Source: an uncultured Planctomycetales bacterium (lineage in GTDB: Bacteria; Omnitrophota; Gorgyraeia; Zapsychrales; JBDRMG01). From it: a stretch of 64,000 nt of DNA. This document shows, one piece after another, positions 16,806 to 26,230 of this stretch. The first letter of the stretch is position 1. Each line of letters starts with the position of its first letter. Under the pieces are notes generated by a model. It saw only the letters and a program-made list of their open reading frames with translations. It searched no databases and was not told the DNA's origin. The stretch is from positions 43,351-107,350 of the forward strand of contig CAYZIY010000004.1 in assembly GCA_964478715.1 (NCBI GenBank), read 5' to 3'. Position numbers and translations under genes: made by a program.

Positions 16806-19199
16806 TTATCCTGAGTGACATTTGAAAAATATTTTTTTGCCCCGGGAAATTCTAATATCGCGCTCATTGATTCGTCTGATCGCATATTTAAGGTCTTGCG
16901 CATAGCCATAATTCTCAGGTATAATTAGAGTCACAATGGTTAGATCTCCGGATTCTTGCAAAGAACCCTCAAGGTCATAAAAACGCTCCTTGATGGTTGA
17001 AAAATCCAGCGTTTGACAGGAATCAGGAAAGAAATGTCTCTGACAGTAGTGATTCAGGGCTGACAACAGGAATTCGATGATAGTCCAGAGATCAGTCCAT
17101 CCCCCCAAAAGATTATATTGCCCTATGCCGCTGAAAAGAGGAACTCTCTCTGGCGAAGGAGCCATCATAAAATCCTTAAATGAGGGCCTCTCCACTTTTG
17201 ATCCAAAGTCTTCAAATCCTTCCTTAAAATTCGGCCAATGCAAAATATAATGACTAATGACATCTTGAATGGACATATTTTTTTCTGTGCTGTTCGTAAC
17301 AATGGCTATATTTGGAAAATCATTATCCTTTTCGCGAATAAAAGCAATTCTGAGTTTTATTTTTTGTCCAATCAGAGGCTGATCTATAAAATCGGTTATT
17401 TGGGAATAAATAAATTCCCTTTCTAATCCTTCTATGAAAATTCTCTCCTGGGTTCCCGTGTCTTTGCTGATGTATTTCTTGAACCCTTCCTGCCATGGCC
17501 ATGCTCCGGCAATGAAGCTTCTTTTCTTCTTAGGAACAGTTTTGAACTGAGCTATTAGATCTTTTTGTCCATTGTGAATGCTAACACTGGATATTGTTTT
17601 TTGAGAAATGTTTTCAAAAGCCCAGACAAATTCAAAGAATTCTTTGGAGAAATCATTATATCCGGGAATATTTTGTAAGACGCAAGGATAATTATTGCTG
17701 ATAAAACGTTTTGAAATAATTTCAAGCGCTTTATCAAAACTCTGACAAAATCCAGAATGGACAGTATTTTCATCCCAGATGCTATGACATTGTGTATCAA
17801 TACATAAAACTGTCCCGTCACTCAACTGCAGTTTAATATAGCTCGCCTCGGAAAAGACTTGGCTATATTCATTGGACATTTCCAGAGAGAGATTCCTTGG
17901 ATTATTGATATTCTCAACAAAATGAAGAAGATTTTCAGCTTCAATAGGCTTTTCAAGAGAATTCAAAACCCATAATCCTTTGCCTTTGTAATTCATGATT
18001 TCTTGAGTCTTATCCATACCAAAGGCACGCATATAAAGAATAATTTCGCTGGCCAGATTGACATCCGAAGCGGAAACAGAGCTGTATTTGCTTAGGAGTC
18101 CTCCTAAAATCGAATACGGAGATAAATCATTTTCGGCCGCCTTAAGAAAGAAAAAGCCCATATGATCAAACAACGCTTCTTTGGGAGTTAAGGAAACAAT
18201 TTCTCTGTCAAATACTGGTTCTTCTTCTGTCACAGGTTCCTGTTCTTGTGCCTGATCTTCGGGTAGAGGTTCTTTCTGCTGTCGATCTAACTCTTCCTCG
18301 GATTCTTCCGGAGAATCTTCCCGAGGTTCTTGTTTAGGTTTTTCTGGAGGCTCTTCTTGCACGCAAGAACCTTCGCCTTTTTGTAAGGATTCTTTTGTTT
18401 CCCGCTTTGAACCTTGTTCTGCTTCCCGGGTGAGTTCTTCTTTTTCTTGTTTCGGGATATCTTCGGATTCCAGGGGATCCGCTTCTCCTTTTTGGTTTGA
18501 TTCTTTTTTCTCTTGCGTTGGAGATTCCTCCAATAAAGAATGCTTTTCGTTTTGATCTTGCTGGACAAAGGGATATTTCAATATCTTATCATGCTCATCA
18601 GTCTTTTCTTCTTCCTTTTTTTCTTGATCATTTTCATTTCTGGACATTTCTTTTACAATATTTTCTTCTATATCCTCTTTGGACAATTCCTCTTTCTCAT
18701 GTGACCCCATTTTATCTCTGGACATTGCTTTATTATCAATATCCACCCTTTGCGGCCTCTGGACTGCTAATTCTTCCGGAGGCGTGGGCAATTCTTGCGG
18801 AAGAGCGATAGGTTTAACATCTTTGGATGTTTTTTCATGAATCATCTCACTCTGATTTTCTTTTTGAAGAGCATAATCTTTTTTTATCTCAGGCAAATGC
18901 TCATCCTGGCGATCTGCTTCAATCAATTTTGTTTCTTTGTTTTTCTCAAAAATTTCTTGCTTCTTTTCTTCCGGGATTTTGAAAGTGTCTTTCGATTTTC
19001 GGCTTTTTGATCTGCGGCCAACCGGAGAACTCAAATTGGACTCTTTTAAAACACTGTTGACTGAAGATTTTGAAACCGGAATCGAAAACTGAATTTGAAT
19101 AAGATCTGATATTTTACGGCAGCTTAGTTTGGGATTGGATTTCTTTTTTTCAATAATGAAATCAACAACTTCTTTTTTCAGCTTGTGGATGACACCCAT
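16806..19199 (-). CDS. HTH + acidic low-complexity linker + degenerate DDE-transposase-like domain protein (797 aa)
   Basis: N-terminal HTH (NPKLSCRKISDLI...VSKSSVNSVL); Glu/Lys/Pro-rich linker; AIVTN...SIQDVISHYILHWPNFKEGF resembles the IS4-superfamily TN...Y..RW.IE..F signature. Confidence 0.6.
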   Translation of the reverse strand: MGVIHKLKKEVVDFIIEKKKSNPKLSCRKISDLIQIQFSIPVSKSSVNSVLKESNLSSPVGRRSKSRKSKDTFKIPEEKKQEIFEKNKETKLIEADRQDEHLPEIKKDYALQKENQSEMIHEKTSKDVKPIALPQELPTPPEELAVQRPQRVDIDNKAMSRDKMGSHEKEELSKEDIEENIVKEMSRNENDQEKKEEEKTDEHDKILKYPFVQQDQNEKHSLLEESPTQEKKESNQKGEADPLESEDIPKQEKEELTREAEQGSKRETKESLQKGEGSCVQEEPPEKPKQEPREDSPEESEEELDRQQKEPLPEDQAQEQEPVTEEEPVFDREIVSLTPKEALFDHMGFFFLKAAENDLSPYSILGGLLSKYSSVSASDVNLASEIILYMRAFGMDKTQEIMNYKGKGLWVLNSLEKPIEAENLLHFVENINNPRNLSLEMSNEYSQVFSEASYIKLQLSDGTVLCIDTQCHSIWDENTVHSGFCQSFDKALEIISKRFISNNYPCVLQNIPGYNDFSKEFFEFVWAFENISQKTISSVSIHNGQKDLIAQFKTVPKKKRSFIAGAWPWQEGFKKYISKDTGTQERIFIEGLEREFIYSQITDFIDQPLIGQKIKLRIAFIREKDNDFPNIAIVTNSTEKNMSIQDVISHYILHWPNFKEGFEDFGSKVERPSFKDFMMAPSPERVPLFSGIGQYNLLGGWTDLWTIIEFLLSALNHYCQRHFFPDSCQTLDFSTIKERFYDLEGSLQESGDLTIVTLIIPENYGYAQDLKYAIRRINERDIRISRGKKIFFKCHSG

Positions 19200-19229
19200 G
19201 TCTGGACATTTCTCCTTTTCTTTTTTATC

Positions 19230-19257
19230 AGTATATCAAAGGTCAATGTCCAGTCAA
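19230..19257 (-). promoter_or_regulatory. Promoter of the 797-aa gene with an overlapping TGGACA motif
   Basis: TTGACT-N16-TATACT with extended -10; TGGACA overlaps the -35 and an inverted copy lies at 19203-19208. Confidence 0.6.
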
Positions 19258-19417
19258 GATCAATATGCATTAAAAAGAAATATTTTGAAATAAATCGCAG
19301 TATCTAGCGCGTGATGATTTATTATTTCATTAATGATTGCTTTAATTTATTTTTTAAAAAATTAATATCCTGCCGATCGCTTTGATCTTAATAACACGAC
19401 TATACATAATTCGCCAG

Positions 19418-19460
19418 GACAATTTATTTCTATTTATTTCAAACTATTTCAATGTATTCA
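19418..19460. repeat. Decamer tandem-repeat arm (YTATTTCWAW), related to 39206-39335
   Basis: GACAATTTATTTCTATTTATTTCAAACTATTTCAATG is near-identical to the reverse complement of 39211-39255. Confidence 0.75.
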
Positions 19461-19514
19461 ATTTTTTAGTTGATTTCTATTGTACAAATTCATTGTTCCT
19501 ATAAAATATTAATC

Positions 19515-19748
19515 ATGAAACGCTGCCCTTATTGTTTTGGAAAAGTGGAAGAACCTGCCAAGAAATGCCCACATTGTTTTCAATTTATTATTGATCCTCT
19601 CATTGATGTCAGCTACGCGCCTTTCGAAAAAAAGAAATGCATCCTTTGCGGAAAAAAAGTTTTTAAGGAAGCGCGTTATTGCAGACATTGCCATCAGTGG
19701 CTGGACCGCATCGACCAGGACGCGGATGATTTGGAAAAGATGGATTGA
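19515..19748 (+). CDS. Small double zinc-ribbon protein
   Basis: CPYC..CPHC and CILC..CRHC; start trimmed to MKRCPYC. Confidence 0.8.
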   Translation: MKRCPYCFGKVEEPAKKCPHCFQFIIDPLIDVSYAPFEKKKCILCGKKVFKEARYCRHCHQWLDRIDQDADDLEKMD

Positions 19749-19751
19749 AGA

Positions 19752-19832
19752 GATCCTAAGCTCTAAACTCAAAATGCTAAGAAAATTCGGTTTTGGGCTT
19801 CCTTAGAATTTAGGATTTAAAGCTTAGGGTTT
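19752..19832. repeat. Inverted heptamer-repeat element between convergent genes
   Basis: CCTAAGC-TCTAAAC-TCAAAAT-GCTAAG ... CTTAGAA-TTTAGGA-TTTAAAG-CTTAGGG. Confidence 0.6.
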
Positions 19833-20168
19833 TAATGCGAGCTGGTCGCCGCATTCTGTTTGCGTTGCGTCGATGACGCCCACGGGCAGCTCGATCACAT
19901 ACGAGGCTTTAAAGAAAATCGGACTCACGCGGAAGGGTTTTATCTTTCTGCACAGGCCCGCCACACGATGATCAGAATCAGCAAAAACCGCATCAATAGC
20001 AAATTTCATAAAAAACATGTGGATGCTGTTACAGTTTTCGATCAAAAGGGCCTGATTTGCGCGGATCGTTTTCCGATTCAAAAGACCGGTCATTCGTTGA
20101 ACAAAAGATTTGGCGATTTGCACATCGTCCGCCAGGAGTGTCGATTTGTCTTGATTGATAATGACCAT
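19824..20168 (-). CDS. DUF192 family protein
   Basis: QRMTGLL, SIHMFFMKFAIDAVF, YVIELPVG. Confidence 0.88.
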   Translation of the reverse strand: MVIINQDKSTLLADDVQIAKSFVQRMTGLLNRKTIRANQALLIENCNSIHMFFMKFAIDAVFADSDHRVAGLCRKIKPFRVSPIFFKASYVIELPVGVIDATQTECGDQLALKP

Positions 20169-20177
20169 CGAGGGAGA

Positions 20178-22334
20178 TTAAGCGTTTTTGGAGAAGATTG
20201 ATTTTTTGATATTGATCCCGCGCCGCACAAAATCTTCATAGCAAATAGGAACATAGCCTGTGGGCCGATAGTCTCCGAGAACCATTCCGTTTTCACCGAT
20301 TCCTTTTTGCGCGAAAACAAAGACATCTTTTAAATCGAGTTCGCCCGAGCTTAACATCCCGCAGACCTCGGTGATACCGGTAATTTTTCTGGTCCCATCA
20401 GAAAACCGGGACACATGAACAATTAAATCAATCGCGGTAGAGATCATTTCATACATGGCGCGGATCGGCAATTCCACCCCGCTTAAAAGCATCATCGAGC
20501 TCATGCGGATCAAAACATCGCGGGTAGAATTCGCATGCAAAGTTGTTAAACTGCCGTCGTGACCGGTGTTCATGGCCTGAAGCATGTCCAGAATTTCAGG
20601 ACCGCGGCACTCGCCGATAATAATGCGATCGGGACGCATGCGCAAGGTATTGATGAACAAATCGCGGATCGATACCCGCCCTCTGCCTTCCACGTTAGGC
20701 GGCCGGGATTCCAAACGGGCCCAATGACTTTTCTTAAGTTTTAGCTCAGCCGCGTCCTCGATGGTAATAATGCGCTCCTCATCGGGAATAAATTGGGAGA
20801 TGACATTCAAAAGGGTTGTCTTACCCGCACCGGTTCCGCCGGAAACAACAATATTTTTCCGCGATAAAACAGCCGCCTGGATAAAATCCGACATCGAGAG
20901 AGTCAAACTTTTAAACTGATGCATCAGATCATCGATAGTGTAACGTTCCTGGCCGAATTTTCGGATGGTAAGCATCGGCCCGCCCAGAGAAAGCGGCGGG
21001 ATGATCGCATTAATCCGCGATCCATCAGGCAAACGCGCGTCCACCATCGGAACAGACTCATCGATCCGCCGGCCCAAAGGCGCGATAATCCGCTCGATCA
21101 CGCTGCGGACCTGACCATTAGAGATAAACTTCTTGCTCGTCAAAACCAGTCTTCCGTTTTTTTCAATATAGATCTCATCTTTATTATTGACCATAATATC
21201 GGTAATTTCATCATCGGCCAGAAGGTCTTCCAGGGGGCCCAAGCCCAGTGTCTCATCGGCGATTTCTTTGATCAATCGTTTTCTCTCTTCGTGAGAGGCA
21301 ATCATGGCGCCGGCTTCCTGAATTAAGAGTTCCCCGACGATCTTTTCGGTAGTGGTGCGCAAGGCTCTGGCTTTTTGGGGGTCATTCAAACTCTCGGCAG
21401 ATATATTACGCAAATCGAGTTTATCAACCAGCTTTTCGTGGATGCTTTTTTTGAGCTTGGATATCTCATCTTGCTGTTTGCTGTAGGGCGTAATTTCTTT
21501 GGCGGCTTCGCTGAGTCCAAATTTCTTCCAAAATTCATCGACCTGCGGAAGATCCTGGGTCGAACGTAATTTTCCGATCTCGGTTCCCGCGACAAAAAAT
21601 TCCGGCTTGGTCAGCTCTAATGCCAGCTTCTTGAACGATTCGCTCACCTTAGCCTTGGGGCTGTCGATCACGCAAGGCACGCCGCGGTTTAATGCCATCC
21701 CTACAGCGCGCCCGTCGGAAGGAAGATGCGCCACAATTTCGCAGGGCAAGGCTGAGCTCACTTCCTGCCAGGCCACCCCCCCGCGGGATTCCGAGCGGTT
21801 TAAAATGATCTTAACCATTTTTAAGGGAAAATGGAGGCTCTGCAAAATATCCAGACTCCAGCGGGTCTGATAAACCGAAAGGATATCGGGAGTGACCACA
21901 AGAAGAATTAAATTGGAATGATCAAAAATCGTCACCAATGTTTCCGAGAAGGCCTTGCCGACATCCATGACCAGATAGTCGTATCCGGCGGCCGCGCTTT
22001 TTAAAAACGGCTTGATATTATCGGGTGTGATCAATCCCACCTGGCGGGTATGGGTCACGCCGGGCAGAAAATCTAAACCCGAAGTGTGTGAAACAACATG
22101 TCTTTTGATGATCTCGGGATTGACGGTATCTTTGAGTTGAGAAAAGAGGTCCACCGCCGCGTAGCGGGGAGTGACATTCAGCATCCGGGCCATGTCTTGG
22201 CCGGCCTGAAAATCAAAATCCACCAACAAAACTTTATGGCCTGTCAAAGCCAGAGAAACAGAAAGATTAACGGATGTGAATGTTTTTCCCACTCCGCCTT
22301 TATTGCTAAAAACAGAAATCGTTCGCGCGCTCAT
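20178..22334 (-). CDS. cpaF: CpaE/TadZ (ParA/MinD-type)-CpaF/TadA ATPase fusion
   Basis: N-terminal KGGVGKT deviant Walker A; C-terminal GGTGAGKT, TIEDAAEL, LRMRPDRIIIGECRG, AMNTGHDG. Confidence 0.93.
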   Translation of the reverse strand: MSARTISVFSNKGGVGKTFTSVNLSVSLALTGHKVLLVDFDFQAGQDMARMLNVTPRYAAVDLFSQLKDTVNPEIIKRHVVSHTSGLDFLPGVTHTRQVGLITPDNIKPFLKSAAAGYDYLVMDVGKAFSETLVTIFDHSNLILLVVTPDILSVYQTRWSLDILQSLHFPLKMVKIILNRSESRGGVAWQEVSSALPCEIVAHLPSDGRAVGMALNRGVPCVIDSPKAKVSESFKKLALELTKPEFFVAGTEIGKLRSTQDLPQVDEFWKKFGLSEAAKEITPYSKQQDEISKLKKSIHEKLVDKLDLRNISAESLNDPQKARALRTTTEKIVGELLIQEAGAMIASHEERKRLIKEIADETLGLGPLEDLLADDEITDIMVNNKDEIYIEKNGRLVLTSKKFISNGQVRSVIERIIAPLGRRIDESVPMVDARLPDGSRINAIIPPLSLGGPMLTIRKFGQERYTIDDLMHQFKSLTLSMSDFIQAAVLSRKNIVVSGGTGAGKTTLLNVISQFIPDEERIITIEDAAELKLKKSHWARLESRPPNVEGRGRVSIRDLFINTLRMRPDRIIIGECRGPEILDMLQAMNTGHDGSLTTLHANSTRDVLIRMSSMMLLSGVELPIRAMYEMISTAIDLIVHVSRFSDGTRKITGITEVCGMLSSGELDLKDVFVFAQKGIGENGMVLGDYRPTGYVPICYEDFVRRGINIKKSIFSKNA

Positions 22335-22340
22335 AAGAAC

Positions 22341-24047
22341 CTATTGATCTAATCGGTAAACAATCGGTATGCTCAGGGTCAGCTCTGAAAAACCGCTTTT
22401 TTTCGGAAAGCCGTCATAAGGAGAAAGCTCTTTGACAAGGTTCAAAGCATCCTGATCGAATAATTCATGTCCGGAGGACTCCTGAACGCGAACAGTGCTT
22501 AAAGAACCGTCTCTTTTGAGGTGCAGGGACAATTTGACGGTTCCGCTCAAGCCCAATTCTCGAGCTTGGGACGGATAAATAATTCTACGGGCAATTTTTC
22601 TCTGAACTGCCCGGGCATAAGGCATCAATTCGCTGGGGATGGTCACAGAGTAAACCGGTTGCTCCATACCCGATATTCCCCGGGGGGTCATTACTTTTTT
22701 CCCGCTCTGCGGTAAAACAGCCTGAACAGGTCTAATCCGCCCAGGCATCATGATTTCCTCTCCCTTGGCGTACACAGGAGGTTCCAGGCGTTCATCCAGA
22801 AGACTTAGATTAAGAGGATATTCATTGGAATAAGATTCTCTCTCACCCTGACGTAGAATGCTGGGGGATATTGTAATAACGAGCTCGGTATCCGTGTCAT
22901 TCGAGCGGGTCTTTTTGCGAAACAGTAAACCCACAACAGGAATATCGCTTAAGAAAGGCACTCTTTCAAGAGTCTCGCCACGATTTTCTTTAATCAAACC
23001 AGCAATCACAATGGTTTCATTTTCTTTCACGTAAAGGCTGGTCTCTGTGTTGCGGGTTGTAAAAGCGGGCTGCCCGCTGTAATTGGTAGATCGGTCAATG
23101 TCACTGACTTCGATGTTAAGATTCAGTTCGATCGCATCCTTACCGTAAATGGTCGGCTGGATATCGATACCCACCCCGTAATCCTTAAAGGTCACATCCT
23201 GCTGAGAGGCACCGCTCGATGAAATCGATGTGGTCACAATAGGAACCTCGCCGCCGACCAGGAAATTGGCATCGCGGCCGCTGCGCACCACCAGCTTGGG
23301 GCGCGACAAAACCCGGGCCTTGCCTTCGTTGACCAAAGCGTTTAGCGTGGTTTGGATCGCGGTCGAACGGGCAAAATCTCCGAGCTTAAAGATATTGCCG
23401 AAATTCTCGATATGACCCGAAGGCACCGTCTCGTTGTAGGTGAGAGCATCGGTCCAGTCGATACCGAGTGTCTCGCTGTATGTTCCCGTGAGCTCGGTTA
23501 TTTGCGCGTCGATCTGCACCAGATCGTTCGTACTCTCTTGCTTGACCAAATTCATCACCACCATAAAAAACGGATCGATGATGCGTTCAAATTCCAACAA
23601 ATCTGTTGGGGAAACCTCTCCGGTGGCAATGATCTTGCCTTCCTTGCGGTCAATCTCCAAATCAATGCCCTTGAGATTGTCTTTCTCCATCAAATTCTCA
23701 ATACGTGTTTTCACCGAACCCAATTCGCGGTCGGCCACATGGATATCAATAGTCCGCTTCCCGTAGCGATCCCAAATGTAAAGTGTGGTATCGCCGGCGT
23801 TTCGGCCGATAATGAGAATTTTATCATCTTCCATTTCGACGATATCGATGACGCCCGGAATCGTGATAGAAACGCGAAAAAGTTCATAAGCCCGGATGTT
23901 TTCTAAGTCTCCCCGGGTCAGATAAACTTCATCGTCCATCAACTCGGTAAAAGTAAAAGCCTGGGCGCTGCGATGAAAAACAAATACACTGCCCGTCGCT
24001 AGAAGAATCAAAATGCCGATCGTTAAGACTGTTTTATTTTTAAACAT
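22341..24047 (-). CDS. cpaC: CpaC/RcpA secretin with C-terminal TonB-C-like domain
   Basis: A.FLVGGEVP, FKDYGV, ETIVIAGLI, VPFLSDIPVVGLLF; tail YPSQARELGLSGTV...ESSGHELFDQDAL. Confidence 0.9.
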   Translation of the reverse strand: MFKNKTVLTIGILILLATGSVFVFHRSAQAFTFTELMDDEVYLTRGDLENIRAYELFRVSITIPGVIDIVEMEDDKILIIGRNAGDTTLYIWDRYGKRTIDIHVADRELGSVKTRIENLMEKDNLKGIDLEIDRKEGKIIATGEVSPTDLLEFERIIDPFFMVVMNLVKQESTNDLVQIDAQITELTGTYSETLGIDWTDALTYNETVPSGHIENFGNIFKLGDFARSTAIQTTLNALVNEGKARVLSRPKLVVRSGRDANFLVGGEVPIVTTSISSSGASQQDVTFKDYGVGIDIQPTIYGKDAIELNLNIEVSDIDRSTNYSGQPAFTTRNTETSLYVKENETIVIAGLIKENRGETLERVPFLSDIPVVGLLFRKKTRSNDTDTELVITISPSILRQGERESYSNEYPLNLSLLDERLEPPVYAKGEEIMMPGRIRPVQAVLPQSGKKVMTPRGISGMEQPVYSVTIPSELMPYARAVQRKIARRIIYPSQARELGLSGTVKLSLHLKRDGSLSTVRVQESSGHELFDQDALNLVKELSPYDGFPKKSGFSELTLSIPIVYRLDQ

Positions 24048-24069
24048 AAAGGACCCTCTTTTTGTTTGT

Positions 24070-24906
24070 TTATCTTAACCCCTGAAAAATACTATCCTCA
24101 TAAAGTTCAATCGTTGACGGCTTGGGCCGGGGCCGTTTATCGCTAACGTCTTCTTCGAAGTCGACCTCATCGGGATCCTGGTAACCAATGTCCAGCCCTT
24201 GCGCATTATTGACATAATTCGAAAATGCCTCCCAGTCGCTGGGCGGCAAAATATAAGCACGCGAATCTACCGAGGAGCGCATAAAAAGCTGAAGCTTGCC
24301 GTTTTTGGAAGCAAAAGTCAAAAGACCAGCTTCCTGCGGATCCATGGCGAAGGTAATTACCATCTGATTACCGCTGGTCTTGGGCTTTCCGCTGATTACC
24401 CCGTCAACAGCTAATACCAAAGCATTTTGAAAAAGCGTAAAAGACATTAAATCCTTCTTGGAAGGATTGTAAGGATCGGTGGGAACATAAACATGAGAAA
24501 CAATATCCACTCTGTCTCCCGGCATCACCAAGCCGCCGACGGCAGCCAGGCGATCAACCATTACGGTCACAGCCCGCATGCCCTGCGGGGTAACGGCCGC
24601 CAAAGATTCGGCTGAAGCCATAACGGGCTTTCCCGCCCCGGAATCGATTTGCTTGAGACGATTGTCGAGATTGCGCAATTGATGCGCCAGATCATGATCA
24701 TTTTGTTCCAGCATGCGAAATTGCTCGGCCAGCCTGGCCGCTTCTTTCTCGCGGAAAATGGTGGCAAACTTTTCCGTTTTCTGACCAACGGTGGAATTGA
24801 TATAAATATTCGTTAAAATCACCGCCGCGAAAGCGGTCGCGACCGCCACAATTCCCAAAACCAGCTTCTTTTTATCCAATGTTTTAAAATCAATAGCCAT
24901 GAGCAC
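24070..24906 (-). CDS. cpaB: Flp pilus assembly protein CpaB/RcpC
   Basis: GMRAVTV...AVGGLVMPGDRVDI, QNALVLAVD. Confidence 0.9.
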   Translation of the reverse strand: MLMAIDFKTLDKKKLVLGIVAVATAFAAVILTNIYINSTVGQKTEKFATIFREKEAARLAEQFRMLEQNDHDLAHQLRNLDNRLKQIDSGAGKPVMASAESLAAVTPQGMRAVTVMVDRLAAVGGLVMPGDRVDIVSHVYVPTDPYNPSKKDLMSFTLFQNALVLAVDGVISGKPKTSGNQMVITFAMDPQEAGLLTFASKNGKLQLFMRSSVDSRAYILPPSDWEAFSNYVNNAQGLDIGYQDPDEVDFEEDVSDKRPRPKPSTIELYEDSIFQGLR

Positions 24907-24914
24907 CTTCTTTT

Positions 24915-25871
24915 TTATTCGAGCAGGTCTTCATTCGTTTTAACCTCGATCTCTTCTTCCAATTTATTAACATAATTCAAAACGGCCTGTTGCTGCCTTT
25001 CAAGGGTCAGCTGGTCGATCAACCAGTCTTTGACTTCTGAAAACGGCTGCGGCTCTCCACCCCGTTTTTCTTCGAGTTTAATAATCGTATATCCTTTGGG
25101 GCCTTTGAACACACTGCTGAGCATCCCTTCTTCAAGGGTTAATAGCGCAACCATTAATTTCTCATCGGTGATGTCGGCTTCATTCACATAGCCGAGATCT
25201 CCGCCTTCAGCGGCCGAGTCGCTGATCGAACGCTCCCGGGCCAGCGCGGCAAAGTCGGCGCTTTGCAAAAGCTGGATACTGATCTCATTGGCACCCTGCT
25301 GGGTGGCGGTCACAATTTCGCGGATCTTGTATTCGGTGGGTTCGGTGAAAAAATCCTTGTTTTCATTATAAAATTCACGGGCTTCAAGTTCCGAAACATC
25401 AATTTCCTCAGTAATTTTGGTGATCACTTCCTGGACCAGAAGCGTTCTTTTAAATTCGTCAATCGCCTCCTGAATCCGCGGATCATCGGCTACGCCGCTG
25501 CGCTTGGCATCTTGAACAAACATCTCCTGGCGAATCAATTCCTGAAGGATCAGTCTTTTATTTTCCGCGCTTGCAACATCAGCATCGGGCAAAAGCTCTT
25601 TGATGGCATCGAGCCGTTCATTAAATTCTCGGAGGCTGATCGTCCAGCTGCCCACTTTAGCCAGGGTGTCGGGCCCCATCACAGTCTCTTTGGGCTGATC
25701 AGGCTGATCACCGGCAGCCGGCGCTTTATCATCTGCGTTTTTCTTTAATGAAGGAAAGAAGTCTTCTAAAAATGTCAGCTTATCACAACCGCTTAGCGTC
25801 AAGGAAACCGCAAAAAAACAAATGACCAATGAAGAGATGAAAAATTTCTTTATAGTTTGACCGGATTTCAT
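24915..25871 (-). CDS. PpiC-type peptidyl-prolyl isomerase lipoprotein (PrsA/SurA-like)
   Basis: Lipobox LSGC; DFAALARERS, GGDLG, GYTIIKL. Confidence 0.88.
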   Translation of the reverse strand: MKSGQTIKKFFISSLVICFFAVSLTLSGCDKLTFLEDFFPSLKKNADDKAPAAGDQPDQPKETVMGPDTLAKVGSWTISLREFNERLDAIKELLPDADVASAENKRLILQELIRQEMFVQDAKRSGVADDPRIQEAIDEFKRTLLVQEVITKITEEIDVSELEAREFYNENKDFFTEPTEYKIREIVTATQQGANEISIQLLQSADFAALARERSISDSAAEGGDLGYVNEADITDEKLMVALLTLEEGMLSSVFKGPKGYTIIKLEEKRGGEPQPFSEVKDWLIDQLTLERQQQAVLNYVNKLEEEIEVKTNEDLLE

Positions 25872-25979
25872 ATTCCCTCCTTAAATAAATTTTTTATATA
25901 TAATTAATTATAATAAGCTTGATGACCGAAAACAAGGGCTTTATCACGAATTTACCAAAAGTTCATTTTTTTGGATTTA

Positions 25980-26195
25980 TTAAGCAGGCCGAAGAGGACA
26001 ATTACTGCAATTCTCGCCGGGGCCGCAGCCATCCCCCAGGCAATCGTCAGGACAATTCACGCAGGTCTCACCCGGCTCGCAGCCATTACCCGGACAGCTA
26101 CATTTGATGCCCCAGCAATCGACTAAACAACTCGCGCCGTCTTCATCTTCTTCGCAAACCCAGTTCCCGCATGTTCCTCCTGCTCCATCATGAGG
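25980..26195 (-). pseudogene. Orphan C-terminal Cys-rich module of the duplicated pilin
   Basis: PHDG..GTCGNWVC...CLGDGCGPGENC matches the C-terminal part of 27338..28747; no leader, truncated. Confidence 0.7.
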
Positions 26196-26230
26196 AAGAC
26201 AGCGCCTAAAAAACGCACACAAAAAGCTTC

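Noticed and set aside
16806-19260. 797-aa gene as an active insertion sequence
   Set aside because: Catalytic signature is degenerate, there is a long acidic insertion, and no terminal inverted repeats or target duplication are seen
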